Below, one piece after another: positions 26,901 through 39,900 of a stretch of 64,000 nt of DNA. The notes under the pieces are model-generated. The model worked only from the letters and a program-made list of their open reading frames with translations. It was not told where the DNA came from and searched no databases. This DNA comes from the human T2T-CHM13v2.0 reference genome, Homo sapiens. Position 1 is the stretch's first letter, and each line of letters starts with the position of its first letter. A program made the position numbers and the translations under genes. The stretch is taken from assembly GCF_009914755.1 (NCBI RefSeq), contig NC_060941.1. The stretch is one strand, 5' to 3'.

Positions 26901-28548
26901 TCTCAGAAACTTCTCTGTGACGATTGAATTCAACTCACAGCGTTGAACCCTCCTATGGATAGAGCAGTTTTGAATCTCTCTTTTTGTGGAATCTGCAAGT
27001 GGATGTGTGGTCCTCTTTGAAGATGTCTTTGGAAACGGGAATATCTTCACATAAAAACTAAACAGAAGCATTCTCAGAAACTTCTCTGTGATGTTTGTGT
27101 TCAACTCACAGAGCTTCACGTTGCTTTTCATAGAGCAGATGAGAAACATGCTTTTCGTAGGGTCTGCAAGTGGACATTTGGAGAGCTTTCAGGCCTGTGG
27201 TGGAAAACGAATTATCGTCACGTAAAAACTAGAGAGAAGCATTGTCAGAAACTTGTTTGTGATGACTGCCTTCAACTCACAGAGTTGAAGGTTCCTTTTC
27301 AAACAGCAGTTTCCAAACACTCTTTCTGTGGCATCTGCAAGTGGATGTTTGGGCCTCTTTGAAGATTTCGTTGGAAACGGGATAATCTTCACAGAAAAGC
27401 TAAACAGAAGCATTCTCAGAAACTTCTTTGTGATGTTTGCTTTCAACTCACAGAGTTGAACTTTCCTTTTGAGAGAGAAGCTTTGAAACACTCTTTTTCT
27501 AGAATCTGCAAGTGGATATTTGGAGGGCTTTGAGGCCTGAGGTGGAAAAGGAATTATCTTCCCGTAAGAACTAGATAGATGCATTCTCAGAAACTACTTT
27601 GTGACGATTGCATTCAAGTCACAGAGGTGAACATTCCCTTTCAGAGAGCACTTTGGAAACTCTCGTTGTGTAGAATCTGCAAGTGGAGATATGGACCGCT
27701 TTGAGGCCTATGGTAGTAAAGGAAACAGCTTCATATAAAAACTAGACAGCAGAATTCTCAGAAAACTCTTTGTGACGACTGAGTTTAACTCACAGGGCTG
27801 AACATTCCTTTGGATGGAGCAGTTTGGAAACACACTATCTGTAGGATCTGCAAGCGGATACTTGGGCCTCTCTGAGGATTTCGTTGGAAACGGGATAAAC
27901 CGCACAGAACTAAACAGAAGCATTCTCAGAACCTTCTTCGTGATGTTTGCATTCAACCCACAGTGTTGAACCTTTCTTCGATAGTTCAGGTTTGAAACAC
28001 TCTTTTTGTAGAAACTGCAAGTGGATAACTGCACTTCTTTGAGGCCTATCGTAGTAAAGGAAATACCTTCCTATGAAAACAAGACAGAAGCTTTCTCAGA
28101 AAATTCTCTGGGATGATTGTGTTGAACTCACAGAGCAGTACTTTCCTTGGGATGGAGTAGTTTCGAAGCACACTTTCTGTAGAATCTGCAAGTGGATATT
28201 TGGACCTGTCTGAGGAATACTTTGCAAACGGGATAATTTCAGCTAAGTAAACAGAATCAGTCTCAGAATCTTCTTGTGATGTTTGCATTCAAATCCCAGA
28301 ATTGAACCTTCCTTTGAAAGTTCAGGCTGGAAACACTCTTTTTGCAGGGTCTACAAGTGGATATTCGGTCCACTCTGTGGACTTCGTTCGAAACGGGTAT
28401 ATCTTCACATAACATCTAGACAGAAGCATTCTCAGAAACTTTTCTGTGATGACTGCATTCAACTCACAGAGTTCAACACTCCTTTTGAGAGCGCAGTTTT
28501 GAAACTCTCTTTCTCTGGAATCTGCAAGGGGACATGCAGACGTCTTTG
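3000..28548 (+). repeat. Left HOR haplotype domain (HOR2-12)
   Basis: Shared alleles are ggatGtgtgg, gagCttcacg, gagagCtttc, gactgcCttc (absent in HOR11), gcctgAggtgg, and a broken box at the 2048 position. Boundaries are approximate. Confidence 0.85.
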
Positions 28549-30927
28549 AAGGATTCGTTGGAAACGGAATCATCTCCACATAAAAATTACACAGAATCAT
28601 CCTCAGGAACTCCTTGGTGATGTTTGTATTCAACTTCCAGAGTTGAACTTTCCTTCGGAAAGAGCAGCTATGAAACACTCTTTTTCTAGAATCTGCAAGT
28701 GGACATTGGGAGGGCTGTGAGGTTTGTGGTGGAAAAGGAAATATCTCCACATAAATACTAGATAGAAGCCTTCTCAGAAACTACTTTGTGATGATTGCAT
28801 TCACCTCACGGAGTGGAGCATTCCTATTGACAGAGCAGTTTGGAAACACTCTTGTTGTAGAATCTGCTAGTGGAGATTTGGAGCGCTTTGAGGCCTATGG
28901 TAGTAAAGGGAAGAGCTTCACATAAAATCTAGACAGAAGCATTCTCAGAAAATACTTTGTGATGATTGAGTTTAACACACAGAGCTGAACATTCCTTTGG
29001 ATGGAGAAGGTTTGAAACACACTTTCTGTAGAATCTGCGAGTGGATATTTGGACCTCTCTGAGGATTTCGTTGGAAACGGGATAACTGCACCTAAATAAA
29101 CGGAAGCATTCTCACAAAATTCTTTGTGATGTTTCCATTCAAATCCCAGAGTTGACCCTTCCTTTGATAGTTCAGCTTTGAAACACTCTTTTTGTAGGAT
29201 CTGCAGGTGGATATTTGGACCACTCTTTGGCCTTCGTTCGAAACGGGTACATCTTCAAATAAAATCTAGACAGAAGCCTTCTCAGAAACTTCTCTGTGAC
29301 GATTGAATTCAACTCACAGCGTTGAACCCTCCTATGGATAGAGCAGTTTTGAATCTCTCTTTTTGTGGAATCTGCAAGTGGATGTGTGGTCCTCTTTGAA
29401 GATGTCTTTGGAAACGGGAATATCTTCACAAAAAAACTAAACAGAAGCATTCTCAGAAACTTCTCTGTGATGTTTGTGTTCAGCTCACAGAGTTTCACGT
29501 TGCTTTTCATAGAGCAGATGAGAAACATGCTTTTCGTAGGGTCTGCAAGTGGACATTTGGAGAGCTTTCAGGCCTGTGGTGGAAAACGAATTATCGTCAC
29601 GTAAAAACTAGAGAGAAGCATTGTCAGAAACTTGTTTGTGATGACTGCATTCAACTCACAGAGTTGAAGGTTCCTTTTCAAACAGCAGTTTCCAAACACT
29701 CTTTCTGTGGCATCTGCAAGTGGATGTTTGGGCCTCTTTGAAGATTTCGTTGGAAACGGGATAATCTTCACAGAAAAGCTAAACAGAAGCATTCTCAGAA
29801 ACTTCTTTGTGATGTTTGCTTTCAACTCACAGAGTTGAAATTTCCTTTTGAGAGAGAAGCTTTGAAACACTCTTTTTCTAGAATCTGCAAGTGGATATTT
29901 GGAGGGCTTTGAGGCCTGTGGTGGAAAAGGAATTATCTTCCCGTAAGAACTAGATAGATGCATTCTCAGAAACTACTTTGTGACGATTGCATTCAAGTCA
30001 CAGAGGTGAACATTCCCTTTCACAGAGCACTTTGGAAACTCTCGTTGTGTAGAATCTGCAAGTGGAGATATGGACCGCTTTGAGGCCTATGGTAGTAAAG
30101 GAAACAGCTTCATATAAAAACTAGACAGCAGCATTCTCAGAAAACTCTTTGTGACGACTGAGTTTAACTCACAGGGCTGAACATTCCTTTGGATGGAGCA
30201 GTTTGGAAACACACTATCTGTAGGATCTGCAAGCGGATACTTGGGCCTCTCTGAGGATTTCGTTGGAAACGGGATAAACCGCACAGAACTAAACAGAAGC
30301 ATTCTCAGAACCTTCTTCGTGATGTTTGCATTCAACCCACAGTGTTGAACCTTTCTTTGATAGTTCAGGTTTGAAACACTCTTTTTGTAGAAACTGCAAG
30401 TGGATAACTGCACTTCTTTGAGGCCTATCGTAGTAAAGGAAATAACTTCCTATAAAAACAAGACAGAAGCTTTCTCAGAAAATTCTCTGGGATGATTGAG
30501 TTGAACTCACAGAGCAGTACTTTCCTTGGGATGGAGTAGTTTCGAAACACACTTTCTGTAGAATCTGCAAGTGGATATTTGGACCTCTCTGAGGAATTCG
30601 TTGCAAACGGGATAATTTCAGCTAAGTAAACAGAAGCAGTCTCAGAATCTTCTTGTGATGTTTGCATTCAAATCCCAGAATTGAACCTTCCTTTGAAAGT
30701 TCAGGTTGGAAACACTCTTTTTGCAGGATCTACAAGTGGATATTCGGACCACTCTGTGGACTTCGTTCGAAACGGGTATATCTTCACATAACATCTAGAC
30801 AGAAGCATTCTCAGAAACTTTTCTGTGATGACTGCATTCAACTCACAGAGTTGAACACTCCTTTTGAGAGCGCAGTTTGGAAACTCTCTTTCTCTGGAAT
30901 CTGCAAGGAGACATGCAGTCCTCTTTG

Positions 30928-33900
30928 AAGGTTTCGTTGGAAACGGAATCATCTTCACATAAAAATTACACAGAAGCATCCTCAGGAACTCCTTGGTGAT
31001 GTTTGTATTCAACTTCCAGAGTTGAACTTTCCTTCGGAAAGAGCAGCTATGAAACACTCTTTTTCTAGAATCTGCAAGTGGACATTGGGAGGGCTGTGAG
31101 GTTTGTGGTGGAAAAGGAAATATCTCCACATAAATACTAGATAGAAGCCTTCTCAGAAACTACTTTGTGATGATTGCATTCACCTCACGGAGTGGAGCAT
31201 TCCTATTGACAGAGCAGTTTGGAAACACTCTTGTTGTAGAATCTGCTAGTGGAGATTTGGAGCGCTTTGAGGCCTATGGTAGTAAAGGGAAGAGCTTCAC
31301 ATAAAATCTAGACACAAGCATTCTCAGAAAATACTTTGTGATGATTGAGTTTAACACACAGAGCTGCACATTCCTTTGGATGGAGAAGGTTTGAAACACA
31401 CTTTCTGTAGAATCTGCGAGTGGATATTTGGAACTCTCTGAGGATTTCGTTGGAAACGGGATAACTGCACCTAACTAAACGGAAGCATTCTCACAAAATT
31501 CTTTGTGATGTTTGCATTCAAATCCCAGAGTTGACCCTTCCTTTGATAGTTCAGCTTTGAAACACTCTTTTTGTAGGATCTGCAAGTGGATATTTGGACC
31601 ACTCTTTGGCCTTCGTTCGAAACGGGTACATCTTCAAATAAAATCTAGACAGAAGCCTTCTCAGAAACTTCTCTGTGACGATTGCATTCAACTCACAGCG
31701 TTGAACCCTCCTATGGATAGAGCAGTTTTGAATCTCTCTTTTTGTGGAATCTGCAAGTGGATATGTGGTCCTCTTTGAAGATGTCTTTGGAAACGGGAAT
31801 ATCTTCAAATAAAAACTAAACAGAAGCATTCTCAGAAACTTCTCTGTGATGTTTGTGTTCAACTCACAGAGTTTCACGTTGCTTTTCATACAGCAGATGA
31901 GAAACATGCTTTTCGTAGGGTCTGCAAGTGGACATTTGGAGAGATTTCAGGCCTGTGGTGGAAAACGAATTATCGTCACGTAAAAACTAGAGAGAAGCAT
32001 TGACAGAAACTTGTTTGTGATGACTGCATTCAACTCACAGAGTTGAAGGTTCCTTTTCAAACAGCAGTTTCCAAACACTCTTTCTGTGGCATCTGCAAGT
32101 GGATGTTTGGGCCTCTTTGAAGATTTCGTTGGAAACGGGATACTCTTCACAGAAAAGCTAAACAGAAGCATTCCCAGAAACTTCTTTGTGATGTTTGCTT
32201 TCAACTCACAGAGTTGAACTTTCCTTTTGAGAGAGAAGCTTTGAAACACTCTTTTTCTAGAATCTGCAAGTGGATATTTGCAGGGCTTTGAGGCCTGTGG
32301 TGGAAAAGGAATTATCTTCCCGTAAGAACTAGATAGATGCATTCTCAGAAACTACTTTGTGACGATTGCATTCAAGTCACGGAGGTGAACATTCCCTTTC
32401 AGAGAGCACTTTGGAAACTCTCGTTGTGTAGAATCTGCAAGTGGAAATATGGACCGCTTTGAGGCCTATGGTAGTAAAGGAAACAACTTCATATAAAAAC
32501 TAGACAGCAGCATTCTCAGAAAACTCTTTGTGACGACTGAGTTTAACTCACAGGGCTGAACATTCCTTTGGATGGAGCAGTTTGGAAACACACTATCTGT
32601 AGGATCTGCAAGCGGATACTTGGGCCTCTCTGAGGATTTCGTTGGAAACGGGATAAACCGCACAGAACTAAACAGAAGCATTCTCAGAACTTTCTTCGTG
32701 ATGTTTGCATTCAACCCACAGTGTTGAACCTTTCTTTGATAGTTCAGGTTTGAAACACTCTTTTTGTAGAAACTGCAAGTGGATAACTGGACTTCTTTGA
32801 GGCCTATCGTAGTAAAGGAAATAACTTCCTATAAAAACAAGACAGAAGCTTTCTCAAAAAATTCTCTGGGATGATTGAGTTGAACTCACAGAGCAGTACT
32901 TTCCTTGGGATGGAGTAGTTTCGAAACACACTTTCTGTAGAATCTGCAAGTGGATATTTGGACCTGTCTGAGGAATTCGTTGCAAACGGGATAATTTCAG
33001 CTAAGTAAACAGAAGCAGTCTCAGAATCTTCCTGTGATGTTTGCATTCAAATCCCAGAATTGAACCTTCCTTTGAAAGTTCAGGTTGGAAACACTCTTTT
33101 TGCAGGATCTACAAGTGGATATTCGGACCACTCTGTGGACTTCGTTCGAAACGGGTATATCTTCACATAACATCTAGACAGAAGCATTCTCAGAAACTTT
33201 TCTGTGATGACTGCATTCAACTCACAGAGTTCAACACTCCTTTTGAGAGCGCAGTTTGGAAACTCTCTTTCTCTGGAATCTGCAAGGGGACATGCAGACC
33301 TCTTTGAAGGTTTCGTTGGAAACGGAATCATCTTCACATAAAAATTACACAGAAGCATTCTCAGGAACTCCTTGGTGATGTTTGTATTCAACTTCCAGAG
33401 TTGAACTTTCCTTCGGAAAGAGCAGCTATGAAACACACTTTCTCTAGAATCTGCAAGTGGACATTGGGAGAGCTGTGAGGTTTGTGGTGGAAAAGGAAAT
33501 ATCTCCACATAAATACTAGATAGAAGCCTTCTCAGAAACTACTTTGTGATGATTGCATTCACCTCACGGAGTGGAGCATTCCTATTGACAGAGCAGTTTG
33601 GAAACACTCTTGTTGTAGAATCTGCTAGTGGAGATTTGGAGCGCTTTGAGGCCTATGGTAGTAAAGGGAAGAGCTTCCCATAAAATCTAGACACAAGCAT
33701 TCTCAGAAAATACTTTGTGATGATTGAGTTTAACACACAGAGCTGAACATTCCTTTGGATGGAGAAGGTTTGAAACACACTTTCTGTAGAATCTGCGAGT
33801 GGATATTTGGAACTCTCTGAGGATTTCGTTGGAAACGGGATAACTGCACCTAACTAAACGGAAGCATTCTCACAAAATTCTTTGTGATGTTTGCATTCAA

Positions 33901-36900
33901 ATCCCAGAGTTGACCCTTCCTTTGATAGTTCAGCTTTGAAACACTCTTTTTGTAGGATCTGCAAGTGGATATTTGGACCACTCTTTGGCCTTCGTTCGAA
34001 ACGGGTACATCTTCAAATAAAATCTAGACAGAAGCCTTCTCAGAAACTTCTCTGTGACGATTGCATTCAACTCACAGCGTTGAACCCTCCTATGGATAGA
34101 GCAGTTTTGAATCTCTCTTTTTGTGGAATCTGCAAGTGGATATGTGGTCCTCTTTGAAGATGTCTTTGGAAACGGGAATATCTTCAAATAAAAACTAAAC
34201 AGAAGCATTCTCAGAAACTTCTCTGTGATGTTTATGTTCAACTCACAGAGTTTCACGTTGCTTTTCATACAGCAGATGAGAAACATGGTTTTCGTAGGGT
34301 CTGCAAGTGGACATTTGGAGAGATTTCAGGCCTGTGGTGGAAAACGAATTATCGTCACGTAAAAACTAGAGAGAAGCATTGTCAGAAACTTGTTTGTGAT
34401 GACTGCATTCAACTCACAGAGTTGAAGGTTCCTTTTCAAACAGCAGTTTCCAAACACTCTTTCTGTGGCATCTGCAAGTGGATGTTTGGGCCTCTTTGAA
34501 GATTTCGTTGGAAACGGGATACTCTTCACAGAAAAGCTAAACAGAAGCATTCTCAGAAACTTCTTTGTGATGTTTGCTTTCAACTCACAGAGTTGAACTT
34601 TCCTTTTGAGAGAGAAGCTTTGAAACACTCTTTTTCTAGAATCTGCAAGTGGATATTTGCAGGGCTTTGAGGCCTGTGGTGGAAAAGGAATTATCTTCCC
34701 GTAAGAACTAGATAGATGCATTCTCAGAAACTAATTTTGTGACGATTGCATTCAAGTCACGGAGGTGAACATTCCCTTTCAGAGAGCACTTTGGAAACTC
34801 TCGTTGTGTAGAATCTGCAAGTGGAGATATGGACCGCTTTGAGGCCTATGGTAGTAAAGGAAACAACTTCATATAAAAACTAGACAGCAGCATTCTCAGA
34901 AAACTCTTTGTGACAACTGAGTTTAACTCACAGGGCTGAACATTCCTTTGGATGGAGCAGTTTGGAAACACACTATCTGTAGGATCTGCAAGCGGATACT
35001 TGGGCCTCTCTGAGGATTTCGTTGGAAACGGGATAAACCGCTCAGAACTAAACAGAAGCATTCTCAGAACTTTCTTCGTGATGTTTGCATTCAACCCACA
35101 GTGTTGAACCTTTCTTTGATAGTTCAGGTTTGAAACACTCTTTTTGTAGAAACTGCAAGTGTATAACTGCACTTCTTTGAGGCCTATCGTAGTAAAGGAA
35201 ATAACTTCCTATAAAAACAAGACAGAAGCTTTCTCAGAAAATTCTCTGGGATGATTGAGTTGAACTCACAGAGCAGTACTTTCCTTGGGATGGAGTAGTT
35301 TCGAAACACACTTTCTGTAGAATCTGCAAGTGGATATTTGGACCTGTCTGAGGAATTCGTTGCAAACGGGATAATTTCAGCTAAGTAAACAGAAGCAGTC
35401 TCAGAATCTTCCTGTGATGTTTGCATTCAAATCCCAGAATTGAACCTTCCTTTGAAAGTTCAGGTTGGAAACACTCTTTTTGCAGGATCTACAAGTGGAT
35501 ATTCGGACCACTCTGTGGACTTCGTTCGAAACGGGTATATCTTCACATAACATCTAGACAGAAGCATTCTCAGAAACTTTTCTGTGATGACTGCATTCAA
35601 CTCACAGAGTTCAACACTCCTTTTGAGAGCGCAGTTTGGAAACTCTCTTTCTCTGGAATCTGCAAGGGGACATGCAGACCTCTTTGAAGGTTTCATTGGA
35701 AACGGAATCATCTTCACATAAAAATTACACAGAAGCATTCTCAGGAACTCCTTGGTGATGTTTGTATTCAACTTCCAGAGTTGAACTTTCCTTCGGAAAG
35801 AGCAGCTATGAAACACTCTTTTTCTAGAATCTGCAAGTGGACATTGGGAGGGCTGTGAGGTTTGTGGTGGAAAAGGAAATATCTCCACATAAATACTAGA
35901 TAGAAGCCTTCTCAGAAACTACTTTGTGATGATTGCATTCACCTCACGGAGTGGAGCATTTCTATTGACAGAGCAGTTTGGAAACACTCTTGTTGTAGAA
36001 TCTGCTAGTGGAGATTTGGAGCGCTTTGAGGCCTATGGTAGTAAAGGGAAGAGCTTCACATAAAATCTAGACACAAGGATTCTCAGAAAATACTTTGTGA
36101 TGATTGAGTTTAACACACAGAGTTGCACATTCCTTTGGATGGAGAAGGTTTGAAACACACTTTCTGTAGAATCTGCGAGTGGATATTTGGAACTCTCTGA
36201 GGATTTCGTTGGAAACGGGATAACTGCACCTAACTAAACGGAAGCATTCTCACAAAATTCTTTGTGATGTTTGCATTCAAATCCCAGAGTTGACCCTTCC
36301 TTTGATAGTTCAGCTTTGAAACACTCTTTTTGTAGGATCTGCAAGTGGATATTTGGACCACTCTTTGGCCTTCGTTCGAAACGGGTACATCTTCAAATAA
36401 AATCTAGACAGAAGCCTTCTCAGAAACTTCTCTGTGACGATTGCATTCAACTCACAGCGTTGAACCCTCCTATGGATAGAGCAGTTTTGAATCTCTCTTT
36501 TTGTGGAATCTGCAAGTGGATATGTGGTCCTCTTTGAAGATGTCTTTGGAAACGGGAATATCTTCAAATAAAAACTAAACAGAAGCATTCTCAGAAACTT
36601 CTCTGTGATGTTTGTGTTCAACTCACAGAGTTTCACGTTGCTTTTCATACAGCAGATGAGAAACATGCTTTTCGTAGGGTCTGCAAGTGGACATTTGGAG
36701 AGATTTCAGGCCTGTGGTGGAAAACGAATTATCGTCACGTAAAAACTAGAGAGAAGCATTGTCAGAAACTTGTTTGTGATGAATGCATTCAACTCACAGA
36801 GTTGAAGGTTCCTTTTCAAACAGCAGTTTCCAAACACTCTTTCTGTGGCATCTGCAAGTGGATGTTTGGGCCTCTTTGAAGATTTCGTTGGAAACGGGAT

Positions 36901-39900
36901 ACTCTTCACAGAAAAGCTAAACAGAAGCATTCTCAGAAACTTCTTTGTGATGTTTGCTTTCAACTCACAGAGTTGAACTTTCCTTTTGAGAGAGAAGCTT
37001 TGAAACACTCTTTTTCTAGAATCTGCAAGTGGATATTTGCAGGGCTTTGAGGCCTGTGGTGGAAAAGGAATTATCTTCCCGTAAGAACTAGATAGATGCA
37101 TTCTCAGAAACTACTTTGTGACGATTGCATTCAAGTCACGGAGGTGAACATTCCCTTTCAGAGAGCACTTTGGAAACTCTCGTTGTGTAGAATCTGCAAG
37201 TGGAGATATGGACCGCTTTGAGGCCTATGGTAGTAAAGGAAACAACTTCATATAAAAACTAGACAGCAGCATTCTCAGAAAACTCTTTGTGACGACTGAG
37301 TTTAACTCACAGGGCTGAACATTCCTTTGGATGGAGCAGTTTGGAAACACACTATCTGTAGGATCTGCAAGCGGATACTTGGGCCTCTCTGAGGATTTCG
37401 TTGGAAACGGGATAAACCGCACAGAACTAAACAGAAGCATTCTCAGAACCTTCTTCGTGATGTTTGCATTCAACCCACAGTGTTGAACCTTTCTTTGATA
37501 GTTCAGGTTTGAAACACTCTTTTTGTAGAAACTGCAAGTGGATAACTGCACTTCTTTGAGGCCTATCGTAATAAAGGAAATAACTTCCTATAAAAACAAG
37601 ACAGAAGCTTTCTCAGAAAATTCTCTGGGATGATTGAGTTGAACTCACAGAGCAGTACTTTCCTTGGGATGGAGTAGTTTCGACACACACTTTCTGTAGA
37701 ATCTGCAAGTGGATATTTGGACCTGTCTGAGGAATTCGTTGCAAACGGGATAATTTCAGCTAAGTAAACAGAAGCAGTCTCAGAATCTTCCTGTGATGTT
37801 TGCATTCAAATCCCAGAATTGAACCTTCCTTTGAAAGTTCAGGTTGGAAACACTCTTTTTGCAGGATCTACAAGTGGATATTCGGACCACTCTGTGGACT
37901 TCGTTCGAAACGGGTATATCTTCACATAACATCTAGACAGAAGCATTCTCAGAAACTTTTCTGTGATGACTGCATTCAACTCACAGAGTTCAACACTCCT
38001 TTTGAGAGCGCAGTTTGGAAACTCTCTTTCTCTGGAATCTGCAAGGGGACATGCAGACCTCTTTGAAGGTTTCGTTGGAAACGGAATCATCTTCACATAA
38101 AAATTACACAGAAGCATTCTCAGGAACTCCTTGGTGATGTTTGTATTCAACTTCCAGAGTTGAACTTTCCTTCGGAAAGAGCAGCTATGAAACACTCTTT
38201 TTCTAGAATCTGCAAGTGGACATTGGGAGGGCTGTGAGGTTTGTGGTGGAAAAGGAAATATCTCCGCATAAATACTAGATAGAAGCCTTCTCAGAAACTA
38301 CTTTGTGATGATTGCATTCACCTCACGGAGTGGAGCATTCCTATTGAAAGAGCAGTTTGGAAACACTCTTGTTGTAGAATCTGCTAGTGGAGATTTGGAG
38401 CGCTTTGAGGCCTATGGTAGTAAAGGGAAGAGCTTCACATAAAATCTAGACACAAGCATTCTCAGAAAATACTTTGTGATGATTGAGTTTAACACACAGA
38501 GCTGCACATTCCTTTGGATGGAGAAGGTTTGAAACACACTTTCTGTAGAATCTGCGAGTGGATATTTGGAACTCTCTGAGGATTTCGTTGGAAACGGGAT
38601 AACTGCACCTAACTAAACGGAAGCATTCTCACAAAATTCTTTGTGATGTTTGCATTCAAATCCCAGAGTTGACCCTTCCTTTGATAGTTCAGCTTTGAAA
38701 CACTCTTTTTGTAGGATCTGCAAGTGGATATTTGGACCACTCTTTGGCCTTCGTTCGAAACGGGTACATCTTCAAATAAAATCTAGACAGAAGCCTTCTC
38801 AGAAACTTCTCTGTGACGATTGCATTCAACTCACAGCGTTGAACCCTCCTATGGATAGAGCAGTTTTGAATCTCTCTTTTTGTGGAATCTGCAAGTGGAT
38901 ATGTGGTCCTCTTTGAAGATGTCTTTGGAAACGGGAATATCTTCAAATAAAAACTAAACAGAAGCATTCTCAGAAACTTCTCTGTGATGTTTATGTTCAA
39001 CTCACAGAGTTTCACGTTGCTTTTCATACAGCAGATGAGAAACATGGTTTTCGTAGGGTCTGCAAGTGGACATTTGGAGAGATTTCAGGCCTGTGGTGGA
39101 AAACGAATTATCGTCACGTAAAAACTAGAGAGAAGCATTGTCAGAAACTTGTTTGTGATGACTGCATTCAACTCACAGAGTTGAAGGTTCCTTTTCAAAC
39201 AGCAGTTTCCAAACACTCTTTCTGTGGCATCTGCAAGTGGATGTTTGGGCCTCTTTGAAGATTTCGTTGGAAACGGGATACTCTTCACAGAAAAGCTAAA
39301 CAGAAGCATTCTCAGAAACTTCTTTGTGATGTTTGCTTTCAACTCACAGAGTTGAACTTTCCTTTTGAGAGAGAAGCTTTGAAACACTCTTTTTCTAGAA
39401 TCTGCAAGTGGATATTTGCAGGGCTTTGAGGCCTGTGGTGGAAAAGGAATTATCTTCCCGTAAGAACTAGATAGATGCATTCTCAGAAACTACTTTGTGA
39501 CGATTGCATTCAAGTCACGGAGGTGAACATTCCCTTTCAGAGAGCACTTTGGAAACTCTCGTTGTGTAGAATCTGCAAGTGGAGATATGGACCGCTTTGA
39601 GGCCTATGGTAGTAAAGGAAACAACTTCATATAAAAACTAGACAGCAGCATTCTCAGAAAACTCTTTGTGACAACTGAGTTTAACTCACAGGGCTGAACA
39701 TTCCTTTGGATGGAGCAGTTTGGAAACACACTATCTGTAGGATCTGCAAGCGGATACTTGGGCCTCTCTGAGGATTTCGTTGGAAACGGGATAAACCGCT
39801 CAGAACTAAACAGAAGCATTCTCAGAACTTTCTTCGTGATGTTTGCATTCAACCCACAGTGTTGAACCTTTCTTTGATAGTTCAGGTTTGAAACACTCTT

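Noticed and set aside
29365-29604. Unique + strand 79-aa ORF seen only in HOR13
   Set aside because: It arises from one T>A change at 29431 that removes a stop codon, and there is no evidence of coding function.
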